Shown here piece by piece: positions 51,286-64,000 of a stretch of 64,000 nucleotides of DNA. Below the pieces are notes generated by a model. That model ran no database searches. It saw only the letters and a list, made by a program, of their open reading frames with translations, and had not been told where the DNA came from. Both the position numbers and the translations under genes were made by a program. Positions within the stretch are counted from its first letter, which is position 1. The number at the start of each line of letters is the position of its first letter. Source of the stretch: Bispira polyomma (Eukaryota); assembly GCA_965649765.1 (NCBI GenBank), contig OZ287753.1, forward strand, positions 28,086,001 to 28,150,000, given 5' to 3'.

Positions 51286-53039
51286 CATGACAAAATGCCA
51301 GTCAAATTGGCAAAGGTGGAATAATTGCCGGACTACAGTTGTCGGGCCGTTTCGAGGGTGGGTAGACCAAATGCTGGTATTGTCCAAGATATAAAATCAT
51401 GCTTTATGCTTATGAAAATATATATCAGTAATGGGGCATTTTTCGGGGTGGACATAATGAAGGATGTTTTGACAATACCGACTTTTTGGTTTATCCCACC
51501 CCAAAACTGGCCCACATTTTGTTCCACGTCCACAAAATCTCAGCCCTGGCAAATATAAGAAAAAGTTGGTAGTAGACTGGCTGGAAGTGGCCGTTTCGAG
51601 AGCAGGATCCCCTTGGCCAACTACCCTGTTCTAATTTCATTCCACCAGTGAACTGTCCATCATGATATAATACAAGATTATAATACAATCTTGAAAATGA
51701 ATCCCACTTACATAGTCACTCACACACAGCCAGACACTCACTTATACACATCCTGGGATATACAACTACTCATTCGCCCATAACCATTGAACCATACTTA
51801 CGCCATTTACATAGTCACTCACAGTCAGACACTCACTCATACACATACTTGGATATACAACTACCCATCACCTACAACCATTGAGCCATACTTGCAGCCA
51901 TTCACAGACATACAGTCACACCTTACACAAATCCAATCCCTACACTCTATCTATCTACCCCCCCCCCCCCCCCCCCCCCCGTCCCCTCTGCTATGTACAC
52001 ACACTCACACTGTCATTTGATCTGGAGTACCCCATTAAAGAGATCCCAGTAGAGTAGTATCATCTCCCAAGCTAACCCCCCTCCCTGCCTCTCCCCCTGG
52101 TTTAATTGGCAAGCTGTACCCAAAGTGACACAAACAGGATAGAGCCACACACACTGACATCCCCCCCCCTCCTCTCCCTCCTCCTCTTTGGACGTATGAC
52201 AAGGGCTTCCCTAATATTGTCCCCCTCGTTGCCAGGGATACAGACCTGAAGAAATCAATACAATATTGCAGGTAGAGTAAGCACACAAACTGCTGGCAAT
52301 TATCTAGTGACATGTTTGGATTGCATATAGAGACACTGATATGTTATAAGCCAGTCCTATGTGTACACCTGACAACGGATGGATTTGTGTATGTTGCAGC
52401 ATGGTTAAATAATGAGACTTTTTGTGGGGTAATAGGCTAACCTAGGCAGCAAGTCTATCTTATTTGGATCCAGCAGAGCTGTTAATAAGGGAGGACAAAA
52501 CAGAGATGCGAGTGTCCACAAAGTTGTTTTAATAAAAAGTTAACTTCACATTGATTGTTAAATCTGTTATTCTAGTTGACAATGTTCACATACAAGGATC
52601 TGAGAATAAACATTTATGAAAAACAAAAAAATTATGACAAACAAGATGTTGGGATGGTGATGATATAATAACATTCTTAGAGATAGTAATCAAGTTGTAT
52701 TGGTGAAAGGGAGATAACAAGGCTGGAAAACGTGTTTTTGTTCATCTTCTTCAACAACAGGATCAAAGCTGAGATTTCTTTCACCCATGGATAGCTTGTC
52801 ACACTGAAGAAGATATATTGCTTGAATACATATTTAGTGCTTTACCTATCAAAGATTTACAACAGTAAGTACTGTAGAGCTTTAAATGCTATATTGACTG
52901 TACATAACATGTGTCACTGTGATTTATTGGTTTTGGAAAATATTAGAACCTGGAATTTATATCAATTATAACAATAAGAAATACTTACAGATGCTGTTTC
53001 TGGTATACGCAATACCAATATGCACAATTCCTGTATTAA

Positions 53040-53905
53040 GGCTTTGGTGACGTAAACACAAAATGATTGCCGCAAAACCACGTTTTGTGTACTTGAGCTT
53101 CTCAGAAACTGCACAACCTTTACTTTGTGGCCTTAAACTCGATTTATAGATAACATATTTACATTTTCATAAGTAGAAATAATAGAGAATGACATATATT
53201 TTAATTATATATTCATATTTTTTACGTATCATTTTAATAGGTATCTTGAGACAAAAGATAAAGCAGCGTGTCAAATTGTAACTAAAATGGGTAATATTTT
53301 CAAAGTACATGCTTCACAAACGTGACACAATTCATATACCAAGAAGGGATCAATACTGAAGTATTGTGCATGACTAGAAAAAGGAAAACAGCAGCAATAT
53401 TTTGAATGAATTCGTTTTGTAATAAAAGCACAAAAATGGGGATAATTTTTGAAAACCATTAAAGTTACACTTTTCTAAACAGAAAGATGTTTTGTATTCT
53501 TCGTTTTTGTAAAATAAGGAAACATATTGAAAAATGTAAATCATTCAAAATAATATACATGTTTTTTAAAGTTGTGTAGGGTATATATTGTGTTCATATA
53601 TGCTGGATCAATACTCGTATTATGTCACAATAGAAAGGCCTCTCTGCGAGAATTGTTTACAAATATGACGTTCCACCATAGATTTCAAATTGTGTGACGT
53701 CACAATACAAGATTCGCTATACTACTGTTTTAATCATTTTTTAATGAAAAATTGAAGTTTTAAATTGTTTTTGCACATAAAAATGGTTAAAACGGCCACT
53801 AAGACATATTTTAAGGCTGCTATAGCAGGTGGTTGTGGTTAAAATATTTTCGTAAGTGCAGTATAATTACAGGCCGCGCATTTGTGTGTTTATGTTAATA
53901 AAACC
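53040..53905. mobile_element. Non-autonomous DNA transposon with TTAA TSD (Kolobok-like)
   Basis: ttaa|ggctttggtgacgtaaacacaaaatg ... catttgtgtgtttatgttaataaaacc|ttaa: imperfect TIRs with GG..CC termini. Confidence 0.7.
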
Positions 53906-54349
53906 TTAAAGAACGAAGTGTAACTTTGCAAGGTAGCAAGGTATTTAAGTGTGAGCGAGTAAATGGTGTATGTTATTAAAACTATGTATAGACAGTAACA
54001 AATTCGATTAAAAACATGACGATTCTGTAGTTTATTAAGATTTACCTTTTTTTAATTGTCATTTAGATAATATCATTTACAATATATGCAATAGAAAACA
54101 ATATGAAATTTACAAGGAAGACACAGTTAATGTGTAATACTTTACACATAATCTCATTCTTAATACTTAACATTATACATTTCAACTTGAGGAACCCCAA
54201 TGAAATTCAATATTTTTTGCATGCTTTAAATAAGTCAATGTTTGCCCTATGTGGTCTCCCTCAGCAGCCATAGTAGATTTTTTAAAATTTGAAATATGCA
54301 TTTTCATTGCCTTACTATAGGCTACACTGAGGCCTAAAATAAAATAAAT

Positions 54350-54730
54350 CCACTTCATAGGATCCAGGCTGCGCATACCTGTTTGAGAAGACACTGCAAA
54401 TATGATATAATATGATAGATTTTTCGGAAAGGCAGTAATGAGGCAAGATATGGTGGCTGACTTGATTGACAGCCTTGTATGTAGTTATATTGGGCTTGAA
54501 GATGTGCTACTTGATAGTGATGCCAGTGGAGACTTTGGAGAAAAGGAGTCATATTGATGTTGGATTCCATTCGGCACACAACTCTGCACAAGTGATTCTG
54601 GATTGACTGTAACCTTTGCAACTGTACTTCTTGAGTCCAAGAAGTGGAGATTTGCAGTAGTCCAATCGACTGCTAACAAGCGCATTGGCTATGACTTTGA
54701 CAGTTTGATGGGATAGGAGTTTTCTTATTC
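54350..54730 (-). pseudogene. L2/CR1-group LINE RT C-terminal fragment
   Basis: SRLDYCKS-LLG, LQSIQNHLCRVV, LQSLHW, QPPYLASLL across frames. Confidence 0.75.
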
Positions 54731-55204
54731 TCTTGCTGTCATAGATATAGACATTGCAACATTAAGCCTCAGAAATGGCCTTGGTCAGTACAGTTAATTT
54801 TCTTCTTTTATTGCCTCCCACGGTGACCATATTGTGTTTACAGTGCCTAACTATTGGTTACAGTCAATCTCTTCAAAATCACCAGGGTGCCAAGGGAAGA
54901 CTCAATCCCCCCCCCCCCCCCCCCCCCTGCTCTCTAGGATTACAGCCTGTTGAAATTATATGTCATTCGTTTATCGGCAGTAACATGTAGCTATGCTTTA
55001 ACATTGTGACATCACAATTTGTTCAGCATATTTGTGATGTCATAGTATTAACTTTTATTTCACAGCTTTGTGTATTTGTGTGTCAACAAAATACTGTGAT
55101 GATTGTAGAAATTTTAGATTCATAATGGACATAATAACCGAAATCTGGGATGGTTTTACAACCATATGACGGTTACAGCCACTATCCCTGGGCTATAAAG
55201 TTTC

Positions 55205-56660
55205 AAATCTATATCACTTTCACACAGTTTCTGAGAATGATGGTTTTAAACTCATAAAATCCTCTTGTATCGAATCCTGTGAACTGGATCCTATCCCTTC
55301 CAGTATTCTCTCTGAATGCCTGGACATTCTCATAACCCCCATTACAAACATTATTAACTTCTAAATTTGTGACTGTATTTTCCCCTTGTCTTTCTTTATG
55401 CTGCTCCTTGTCTTTCTTTATGTTGCTCCTTACTGAAAAAATAAGGCCTTGATAAAAATGTGCCGATAAGTTTTAGACCAGTCTTTGACCTTAGCTTCGT
55501 CCCTAAATTCATTAAGAAACTGTAGCAAAATACCACCTTAATAAACATAATCTTATTAACTCCGACCAGTCTGCTTACAGAAAGTTCCATGCCACAGAAA
55601 TGCCCTCCTTTTCATCAATGATGACATGAACCTTGTCTTGGATCGGCATGAAACTGTAGCCATTGACCATGGTCTACTGCTTGACATCCTAAAACAGTGG
55701 TTTGGACTAAATGGCAATGTCCTTGATTTGGTTAGGTCCTATCTCGCTTTCAGAAACCAAAAAATCAAACTAAATGATTACTTCTCATCCTCTTTCTACC
55801 TACCTTTCGGAGTACTCCGGGGATCAGTCTTTTACAAACACCCCCTTAGCACAGTCATCAATAGTCACAATGTTAAACACCATGTGTATGCTGGTGATAC
55901 TCAAATTTACCTTTTACTCGACCCTGATAATGCCCACAAAAATATAGGTCTAATTGCTGACTGCCTCTCCCTAGTACAGACTTGCATGATTTACTACAAA
56001 TTAAATTCTGACAAAACTGAATTCATTCTCATTGATAATAAGAAACACAGTGAGTATGTAAGATCGTTATTCCCCGTTACACTGTTGGGCAATGATAATC
56101 AGCTCTCCGCTAATGTCAAAAAGCTTGGTGTCACCATTGATCCACTTGGTCATTTCATACACACACGAGCAACATTTGTTGCTCCTGTTACTATCACATT
56201 CATGTCAGCAAAAGAATCCGAAATCATTTGTTACTGGATACTGCCATTACTGTGGCTAACTTCCGTGTTAGCTGCTGTCTGGACTACTGTAATTCCCTTT
56301 TGCTTGGAGCAAAAGAGTCTCACATATACAAATTGCAGTTCATTCAAAACTGTTTGTGTCGAATAATCTTTTGTCTGGGTATCCATACTGATGTCTCTCC
56401 ATACCTCAAAAAAATTACATTATTCACTATAAAATTTTGTTTAAAGTCAATGTGACCACTTTCACAGCCCTCATACCTCGCTGCTCACCTTTCCTTCAGC
56501 AACCTTAAAATATTTGTTCTAACCTCTGTTTGATCAACCAAGAAGGCTGGGTCAAGAGCTTCCTCTATTGCTGCCCCTATGTTATGGAATGGTCTCCCAG
56601 TTGAGTTAAGATCACTAAAGCTTAAAACATATTGCTTCAAACTCGGCTAACCGCTTAGTT
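55205..56660 (+). pseudogene. Decayed L2-like LINE ORF2 (RT) with 3' end
   Basis: CELDPIPSSILSECLDILITPITNIIN, IDHGLLL, PFGVLRGSV, HVYAGDTQIY, KLNSDKTEF, LDYCNSLL. The 3' block ttgctgcccctatgttatggaat also occurs at ~17840, ~20045 and ~23740. Confidence 0.88.
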
Positions 56661-59600
56661 CCTTCCCTGTGCACCCCACATCCTTCCTTACAACCTTGGC
56701 TATTTTTTTGGAATTCTCTAATGGCTTACTGACTCTGTTGTTGCTAGTTGGTGAATTATGTTATAATTATTATCGAAAAAAATTGTTATCAATAAGAAGA
56801 GTACTTAATTTATTCCCTAGGTTCCTCAAGGTGAGATGTTTAATGCTAAGTATAAAGCATGAGATTATATGAGTACATGTATTACACATCAACTAAAAGA
56901 GAATTTCATGAGCTTTTCAATGGTATGCATGATTGTTAAAACACAATTAGTTATGAACCATTAAATTGATCTTATGTGTGAAACCCTAGAAAAAAGTTAT
57001 GAACCATTAAATTGATCTTATGTGTGAAACCCTAGAAAAAAGTCAGTCATGAAATGGCGAATAACCTGCACTGGGGTAGATGTGCAATTTCATGTTTTTT
57101 TTCACAAAAAGCTGCCACACATACAATGCTATCATGCATTTTCCAAATTAGTACATATGTGGCTTTAAAAAAAATATAGATAGCATTTGTCCATCTTTTT
57201 GGTAATGGTCAGTGCTCCGGCTGATAGACTGGATATTCAACAAAGACATTTTGTATAGTTGTTTACAAAAGCTGCTTCATTTTATTAATATAGATGTAGA
57301 ATCTATCACTAGAAAGCTCTTATTGTGTACTTTGTGATATCTGTCACAAATTTCAATTCAAATGATATGGTAATGAATATATTATTAGTTAGAGTTGGAC
57401 TGTATTTCCAAAATTGATTAAAATGCAAGTTTTTACAGTGGAGATTATTAATTATAACAAATACTTCACTTGCCCCAAGAGCTTCCCTTTTTTGGAGCTT
57501 TCCTGCTTTTTAATCGCTGATGTTTCTGCGGTTTTATAACAAAAAAAAACTACTCTTCAGCTTTGAGAAATCAATTAAATGTCTGCCAAATATTAAAATG
57601 TCATTCCAAGAAACAAATATATATTATATTTGTTAGAGAACAATTGGTTTGAAAATAGGTATTGCAAGGATACTGCTCTGATTTATACTGTAATTAAACC
57701 TTGTTATAAAGTAAGAACACATCAACAGAGGTTTTTATACAGAACAGCTGATACCTGGGGTAAAATTTTGGGGTAAAAGCTGACCCCATATTAAACAAGT
57801 CAATGCTAACGCTGTTGTTGTTTTTCTTACATATCTCAGTAGTACTACATGGTACTGGTGGCAGACCAATTAACACCTGTGTAAGATTCGATGCCCCACC
57901 TAGAATCAAAAAAAAAAACAATAGGAATATCTATTTCAGACACATCCTGGTTGTGAAAATATATACTAATATACTATACCTGACAAACATGATACTTGCT
58001 AATTATGATGTTTGCTTCATTGTTAAAAATCGATTTGCAATCGTTTACAGGCCAGTCATTAATTAGCTGGTACACAGGCATTAATTGGTCTGACACAACT
58101 AAGCACACTTGTGTATTAATAACATAGATGACAAAATTTAACCTCAACAAAAAAATTCTATAAAATATGGCTTCAATGGAAGATCATTTTTTTTTTTGGC
58201 TGTTTAAATATAAAAGAGGAAATTTTCTGCATTACAAACCACCAGCCGTCAGAAAGTGTACTGTCCACTTTCCCAAAAAGATACCATGCTTGAGACAGGA
58301 ATCCTAATTGCAAAGTTGGGAGGCAGGAGTGTTGTCCCTACACCACTGAGTCCCCTATATAATTGATTTAATTACCACAAAATAAATGCACCTGGGGCCA
58401 AACAAAACTCAAACTTAAACTGAGACTTAACTTAAATCAAGGCTATGTGCAGAAGTCCTGGTATATGAAGATAATCTGTACTTATGACGATTCATTTTAA
58501 TGAGAGCGTTCAGTGCCAAATGCAAATACATGTATACATACTTAGATTTGACTTAACTGCATCATCATTGTACTACACACGTACAGTACAATAACCACTT
58601 GCTAGTTTCTCGTAAATAGATTTTTTTTTTTACTAATACATGGATATTATAGATCCTTGAGGACGTTGATAAATGGTCATCCTCAAGCACCTCGGTGGCG
58701 CCCATAGTGGCTGCTTATGAGGAAGTGCATTTGAAAGGACGCTGTGTTCTGTAAGTGCGCTATAAGAAATGTACTATTTCATTTCATATTTTTACATTTT
58801 TGACACACCCTGTTAGATCACCCTTTGGAAAACTTTCTGAAGATGACATGAACCCCAAAAAATATTAAACTTGCTTGTTACCTTGTTTTTTTCTTAAAGA
58901 CTACTCAGCCAAATTGAATGACATTTCCAGGTAGACTTGGGTAAAACTGGGGTCATCAAGGATATTTCTGTGGGCTCCTCAAAGTTACGAGTAAGGTTCT
59001 GAACCTTATAGATCTGTTGCAAGGTAACTTCTATTACCCCCGAAAAGAGTCTACTTTAATAGAGGTTTCTTCAAAAATCTCCTTTACTGGTGGTTTTTAC
59101 AGCCTTGGAATACATTGTGACTGTATAGAGTCAGAGAAGCTGTGACCTTGGGTTCAACATCAAAATGTGGTGTCATAAAGGTCAATTCCGAGTATTTGGT
59201 GTCATATCTAATTCTTGAAACATGGCTTAGTATGTATGTAGCATTTTTTAACACTGCAAAGGAGATTTACACCATGGCTGTTCGGACATTCAGTTTTTGT
59301 ATATACTGTACCACTTTAAGATTCACGAAGAAAAAAAATTTAATCCTGAAATTGTACAAATACATGTATATGATTAGATCAGATTGAAACACTGTTTTAC
59401 TTTAAACACTTTTTACGTATTGACTTTATAATTAATTAATCTACTTTTTGTAAGCACTGGTCTTACATTTATCAAAATCTGTTTAATCTGTGTGCACATA
59501 TATAGACGAAATATGAGGACAGGCTTTCCCACATTTAATGACTGGCTTAATGTCCAGGCAGTATGCTGTTAATTACACCTCCAGTTATGTTACAGATTTG

Positions 59601-60282
59601 ATGTTTCACTAGATGTTTCATGTTAATTTTTTGAGTATTTATGCAACAAAAAATTTAATGACAAAACATTGTTTAGGCTGCTTATTCTTTGACAAGGGGA
59701 TAGTCCTACAACATGGCAATGATGACCATAATAAGGCAATGATGTGTTCACATTTTGCCAAAGCTTGTTATCACACAATGACTATTGTTGCTTTTCCCGG
59801 AGTTGAACCTTCTGGTTAGCAGACTCACTGCCTAACCATTAGGCCATGTATAAATGTGTGTGTGTGATTTAGATGTTTAATGTTTCTAATGGTCTCTATA
59901 GCATAATGGTTAGGGTGTTTGACGTTAAATCAGGGGGACAACAAGTTGAATCTTTGCTGCAGGCCTGGAGTTTTAACCCTTGGCCAAAGTATTTCACATA
60001 AACCTGTTCAACTTCACCAGGGTGTATAAATAGATACCTGAAAGGTGTTAATCTTTGAGCGGTATTATATGGCAGCATTGCTAGCATATATGCTCCATGC
60101 ATACAGAGCTAAATCTGAAACCATTGGTTAACAACTGGTAGAATCCAGGCTGGGGGTTGTACTGTGATGTCAGATGAGGCCCACATTGAGGATGATATCA
60201 GACTATATATATATAAACCTTTATACATCATTTACACTGTTTTTATATCTGTGTTTTTTGTTGTTGTAGTTCCTATCTCACC

Positions 60283-60379
60283 ATGGGGAGTGGCGCTAGT
60301 GTATCCACACCTGACTCATCTCCAGCCAAACACAGCAGTAAGAGGCCTCAGAATGGACAAGGACCAGGGAAAGGAAAAG
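60283..60379 (+). CDS. Candidate first coding exon of a host gene with an N-myristoylation signal (MGSGASVSTPDSSPAKHSSKRPQNGQGPGKGK..)
   Basis: Acceptor gtgttttttgttgttgtag| at 60269, Kozak ACCATGG, MGxxxS motif, consensus donor AAG|GTAAGT at 60379/60380. Confidence 0.75.
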
Positions 60380-61859
60380 GTAAGTCACATGGTATAGTTT
60401 CTTCTGAGTCGTGTTCACAACTTCTGCACAATCAATGCCCTACCAGTTTTAGACATGTAGTGAACCAAAACCTTTATACCCTTTTTAGGTTGTCGACTAG
60501 GAGTCAACACAAAAAATTGTTACTACAGCATACTTCACCATTTAAAAAAAAATTATATGTAAGGCCATTATATTGTAAAACTATCGCCAATAAATGAAGG
60601 AAATTTTCAGATAATAGGTAAACAGATAGCTGGAGTCACTAAAACACACACCACAGACATTAACTTCTGGCATTCAGCAACACATATATTTTCAGAAACA
60701 AATGAGTCAACGGTACTAACAATTTCCTATTGTGAGAAACTGAAGGAAAATATATACCGACAGACATATAGATTCTGAGAGTAACAAATGTTGTTGACTG
60801 CTTGCAGACAACATATGGGTTGAAAGGGTTAAAGCCACCCTTAGACATTGCAAAAACCACACTACTTCATTCAACGTTTTATAGGCTATTAGTTTTGTAA
60901 ACGTGATATCAATTTATTTTTTTTTTCTTTAGATGAGTTCAACAACCTATTTCTAACAGTTAACCAATACTGGGTTCATGCCATGAGTTGACAAAGGACA
61001 CAATTTTTCTAGCTAATAAACTACATGTATACTAATAATAAACTTATCATTCTTCCAAATAGTACACATGAAAAACTTAAATGACTATTTTCTTCTGCAT
61101 TTATTTTGTTATATGGATCCCATTCTTCTTTGTCTCGTGTTTCTTGTGCAATCTTGTTGTGTGAATCAATATCGGTTCCCTCGTAGGTGTTTTCCACTAT
61201 AAAGCAGTATTACAGGTATGACCAGTATTTATAGTGTACCCTTTATAGTTTATCCTCTAAATGCCCCACTAATTATACCTATCATATAACATCCAGAACA
61301 CACCGGAACTGCCTTAGGACCATATGTGTTTATCTTCCCTGTTACATTAGGCTCTCCCCCCCATTGGCTAAGACATTCACTTCCTGTTTTTGTGGACCAA
61401 ATTATTTGAGGTGTCTTTCTGACAAGATCAATATATCCAATTACTGCAGATAGTGTAAGCCTTGTAAGTGCAGGATTTTAGTTGTTATTTTGTTGCAGAT
61501 GGGGTATTTATTGCCTTGCTATTATATCTTTTTTAAACTTTTTATCAGGCTCGAACTCATAGTGTTTTCTTTGTGAAAAGGGTGCTGCCATCTTATAAAA
61601 AGCAAACCCTTTATTTAGTAACAATTGTCTACAGTAGAATTTTGTCAGGATGTGTCATACCTACTCCTGTGTTTTAGCTGACGTGTGATTCAACTGAACA
61701 CAACGGTTACATAGCTACAACTGTTGGCTAATTAAATAATATTCCAACAATAGAAAGTACAGAAAACAACATACAACTTGTTAGTCACAATGTTAGATAA
61801 GGGAACCATAATTAATTAAGGGAATTCAAGTGATATGTAATACTGGAAAACAGGCCGCA

Positions 61860-62887
61860 AAAGACTTTGGGTCCCTCCTTCAAGGTCATACGAGGATAAC
61901 CAAACTTAAAAGTGCTTATAACTCGCTTATTATTGGTTCTAGAGGTTTGCAATGTGAAACCAACTTATAGGTAATCATGGGCTAGGACTCTTCTAATGTG
62001 GTGAGATTTGACCTTCGGCCCCTTCTTCAAGGTCAGACAAGGGTAGTTAAACTTAAAAGTGCTTATAACTCGCTTATTATTGGTTCTAGAGGTTTGCAAT
62101 GTGAAACCAACTTATAGGTAATCATGGGCTAGGACTCTTCTAATGTGGTGAGATTTGACCTTCGGCCCCTTCTTCAAGGTCAGACGAGGGTAGTTAAACT
62201 TAAAAGTGCTTATAACTCGCTTATTATTAGTCCTACAGTTTTGAGATGTGAAACCAACCAATAGGAAATAATGGACTAGGAATCTTCTGATGTGGTCAGG
62301 TTTGACTTTGGGCCCCCGCCTTCAAGGTCAAGTGAGGATAACCAAACTTAAAAGTGCTTATAACTTGCTTATTATTGGTCCTAGAGGTTTGCAATGTGAA
62401 ACCAACTTACAGGAAACCACAGGCTAGGACTCTTCTGATGTGATCAGATTTGATTTTGGGCCCCTTCTTCAAGGTTAAACGAGGGTAGTTAAACTTAAAA
62501 GTGCTTATAACTCGCTTATTGTTGGTCCTACAGTTTTGAGATGTGAAACCAACCAATAGGAAATCATGGACTGGAAATCTTCTGATGTGGTCAGGTTTGA
62601 CTTTGGCATTCAAGGTCAAGTGAGGATAACCAAACTTAAAAGTGCTTATAACTTGCTTATTATTGGTCCTAGAGATTTGCAATATGAAACCAACTTATAG
62701 GTAATCATGGGCTAGAACTCTTCTGGTGTGGTCAGATTTGACCTTGGGCCCCTCCTTCAATGTCAGACGAGGGTAGTTAAACTTAAAAGTGCTTATAACT
62801 GGCTTATTGTTGGTCCTACAGTTTTGAGATGTGAAACCAACCTATAAGAAATCATCGGCTGGGAGTCTTCTGATGTGGTCAGGTTTT
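61860..62887. repeat. Tandem repeat, ~147-bp unit, ~7 copies
   Basis: caa(g/t)gtca anchors at 61881, 62028, 62175, 62323, 62470, 62611 and 62758. Confidence 0.95.
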
Positions 62888-62899
62888 GTGGAACAACTT

Positions 62900-63508
62900 T
62901 TTATGTCGTAATTATGACATAAGGTTATGTCGTATATCTTGTAATTACGATATATAAACTGTAATTAGTTAAGTCTTAATTAAGACTTAACCTTATGTCG
63001 TAATTGAGAGATAACACTATCTTGTAATTACGACCTCAGGTTATCTTGTAATTACGACCTCAGGTTATCTTGTAATTTCAACATAAGGCTATCTCATAAT
63101 TTCAACATAAGATTACGTCGTAATTTCAACAAAAGGTTATCTTGTAATTTTAACATCTTTCTCTATAATACAAAATCCATCCGAAAATGTAGGTAATTTT
63201 GTTTATCATTTTATTTATTAAATAAACACGGATGTTGTAATTATGAGAAAGCCTAATCTCTTAAATATAAGACAGTTTTATATTGACATTATGAGATAGC
63301 ACTATGTTGGAATTACAAGATAGCACTATGTCGAAATTACGACATACCATATATTTGTTTTCCCATTTTTAAAAAAAGTTTGTTTTATGTTTAAAAAAAA
63401 GTTGGTTTTCCGTTTAAAAAAAAAAATTATCTCGTAATTTTGACATAGCACTATCTTGTAATTACAAGATAATTATTTATTTTTTATGACCTGTATAGGC
63501 TTCCGTAC
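62900..63508. repeat. Array of ~22-bp palindromic units (tatc/gtcgtaattacgaca..), probably a truncated MITE-like element
   Basis: More than 15 degenerate copies of ttatcttgtaattacgac; ends in aggcttccgta. Confidence 0.7.
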
Positions 63509-64000
63509 TATTATAACCTCATGGGCCCATTGATTCAATGTGAGAGTCGAACTCAGATTTCTATGCTTTTTGCAGTTACTCAGAATGAAGTGTGATGTCT
63601 TTATTTTTTCACATTGTTCTTCTGAGTCTTTTCAAATTCTACAGTAAATATAGTTCGGTAGTATAATACGTAACCTGCACAATATTGAAGAATTATTAAC
63701 CCTTTTGACCCCAATAGAAAACTATCGCTGGGAACTGAAGGAAATTTTTCATAATAGCCTAGAGATAGCTGGCGTCACTAAAACACACCCACACTACTTA
63801 CGACATTCAATAAGGGCTTCATGTACAATTTCCTATTATGAGGAACTGAAAGAAAAACAAATTAATGTTTTTGGGTGTTGGCTGGTTGCCAACAGACATA
63901 GGTTCTGGTAGTAAAACATACTGCTGGTTGCTTGCCAACAACCAAAGAGTTAAAAAAGAGTTCAATAATTTACACCATTCAAAAGGGTATTTTATACAGG

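Noticed and set aside
56949-57042. Small perfect tandem duplications (also ~22910-22980) and G/C homopolymers (20156, 51958, 54907)
   Set aside because: Ordinary slippage or assembly features with no evidence of function.
58400-58445. CTTAAA-rich stretch resembling the E1/E2 3' motif (also ~31880-31925)
   Set aside because: Short, with no closing stem and no YR context; probably an unrelated low-complexity repeat. It is a useful background control.

Overview
AT-rich animal genomic DNA. A mollusc or other lophotrochozoan is inferred from the SINE types but not proven. The window is mostly intronic/intergenic and repeat-rich. Its main content is three mutually diverged tyrosine-recombinase (YR) retrotransposons, all on the + strand, with the order gag - RT/RNase H - YR and no methyltransferase domain, i.e. 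Ngaro-like. E1 spans <1-~3000 (5' end outside the window, ORFs open), E2 spans ~11865-17170 (decayed) and E3 spans 45377-51285 (decayed ORFs but ~99% identical A1...B1-A2...B2 split direct repeats). Comparing the three reveals a shared expression grammar. (i) A -1 ribosomal frameshift signal (A-AAA-AAY plus a hairpin) sits at the gag/pol junction of E2 and E3. (ii) A phase-1 3' splice acceptor follows the pol stop in all three, with a matching AG|GTAA donor inside gag in E2 and E3; this predicts that the recombinase is made as a spliced Gag(N-term)-YR fusion. (iii) E1 and E2 carry a ~235-310 nt 3' non-coding domain closed by a conserved long-range inverted repeat, with nested hairpins alternating with a repeated CTTAAA(C/T)TCA motif. 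Also present are two candidate host-gene coding exons (27458-27648 minus, 60283-60379 plus), several tRNA-derived SINE families, L2-like and other LINE fragments, a Harbinger relic, TIR MITEs, an old ~3.6 kb tandem duplication and a 147-bp satellite.
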